The notes beneath the pieces are model-generated. The model was not told where the DNA came from. It did no database searches and worked only from the letters and a program-made list of their open reading frames with translations. A stretch of DNA of 64,000 nt from the NCBI GenBank assembly GCA_964016885.1, contig OZ024740.1, positions 242,420,001-242,484,000 of the forward strand, read 5' to 3'. Position 1 is the first letter of the stretch; the number at the start of each line of letters is the position of its first letter. Shown piece by piece: positions 63,400 through 64,000 of the stretch. The stretch is from Eledone cirrhosa. Its lineage: Eukaryota. The position numbers were made by a program, and so were the translations under genes.

Positions 63400-63905
63400 C
63401 TTATCTTGCACATCTATCTATCTATTTATTTAGGGCAGGTAAAATCCCCAAGATCTATGAGCGAGTTCTATCCGGTGGTCTCTGTCTTTCATCATCGCCG
63501 CTATGCCCTGCTTCTCCCAGAGACCAGTATCTGTCCTTAGGGCATCAATATATGTCAACCTCGGTCTCCCTCTTCTAGTGTGTCGATGTAGGGGCTCCTA
63601 CAGGAGCACTGAGTGCAGTGTCAAGTCCGAATGTCAGTGAGCAAGTCGAGCTAACCTCAATCTCCTCTGTTACTTTCGAACTGACTTTTGGGAGGCTGAC
63701 GTACAGTTCTGAGTTCTTCATCCTCAGTGTATACTGATTAATTTTCAGAGCCATCCTCAGCATTCTCGTGTAGCACCCATGCACCATCTAAGTGAGTCTT
63801 TTGGTCAGTGTCCAAGTCTCAGACCCATACAGTAGCACAGACTCCACTGTAGCAACAAAGAGACAGATCTTCAGGTCTTACGAAGGTCCAACTTCCACAC
63901 CGATT
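63400..63905 (-). mobile_element. RTE-like LINE (second lineage) nested in a SINE tail (63310-63395 and 63905-64000)
   Basis: FVATVESVLLYGSETWTLTK, GCYTRMLRMAL, RPRLTYIDAL. Confidence 0.85.
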
Positions 63906-64000
63906 TCAAACTGTGGCATGGTTTCTACAGCTGGATGCCCTTCCAAATGTCAGATGCCTTACAGGGTGTACTGGGAGCTTTTGTGGCACCAACACTAAGA

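Overview
AT-rich, repeat-dense eukaryotic DNA. The tRNA-derived SINE families, RTE LINE fragments with (GAT)n tails, long (TA)n tracts and TTAA-flanked MITEs suggest an octopod cephalopod (judged from memory, not searched). Most of the window is intronic or intergenic. One spliced minus-strand gene can be partly rebuilt: exons 2660-2592, 1934-1814, 765-602 and 195-78 join in frame, and 13679-13482 is a probable upstream exon. It encodes a luminal domain, an EGF-like Cys cluster and transmembrane helices resembling a very divergent TMEM8/PGAP6-family protein that apparently lacks the SxxxH catalytic motif. The rest is nested mobile DNA: several SINE families, two RTE lineages, a Penelope-like element, an RLE-type non-LTR relic, mariner, maT-like and hAT relics, a Helitron and MITEs. 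Three patterns are not explained by that list. (i) Near-perfect fold-back inverted duplications recur at (TA)n tracts. (ii) A short element has a covarying terminal stem-loop and a (TA)n tail. (iii) A 48-bp pseudoknot-forming unit of variable copy number is shared by SINEs and by the 3' UTR of RTE LINEs, which seem to have acquired a new 3' end. No prokaryotic system, CRISPR array, rRNA or intact tRNA gene was seen. Family names are from recall and boundaries of old repeats are approximate.
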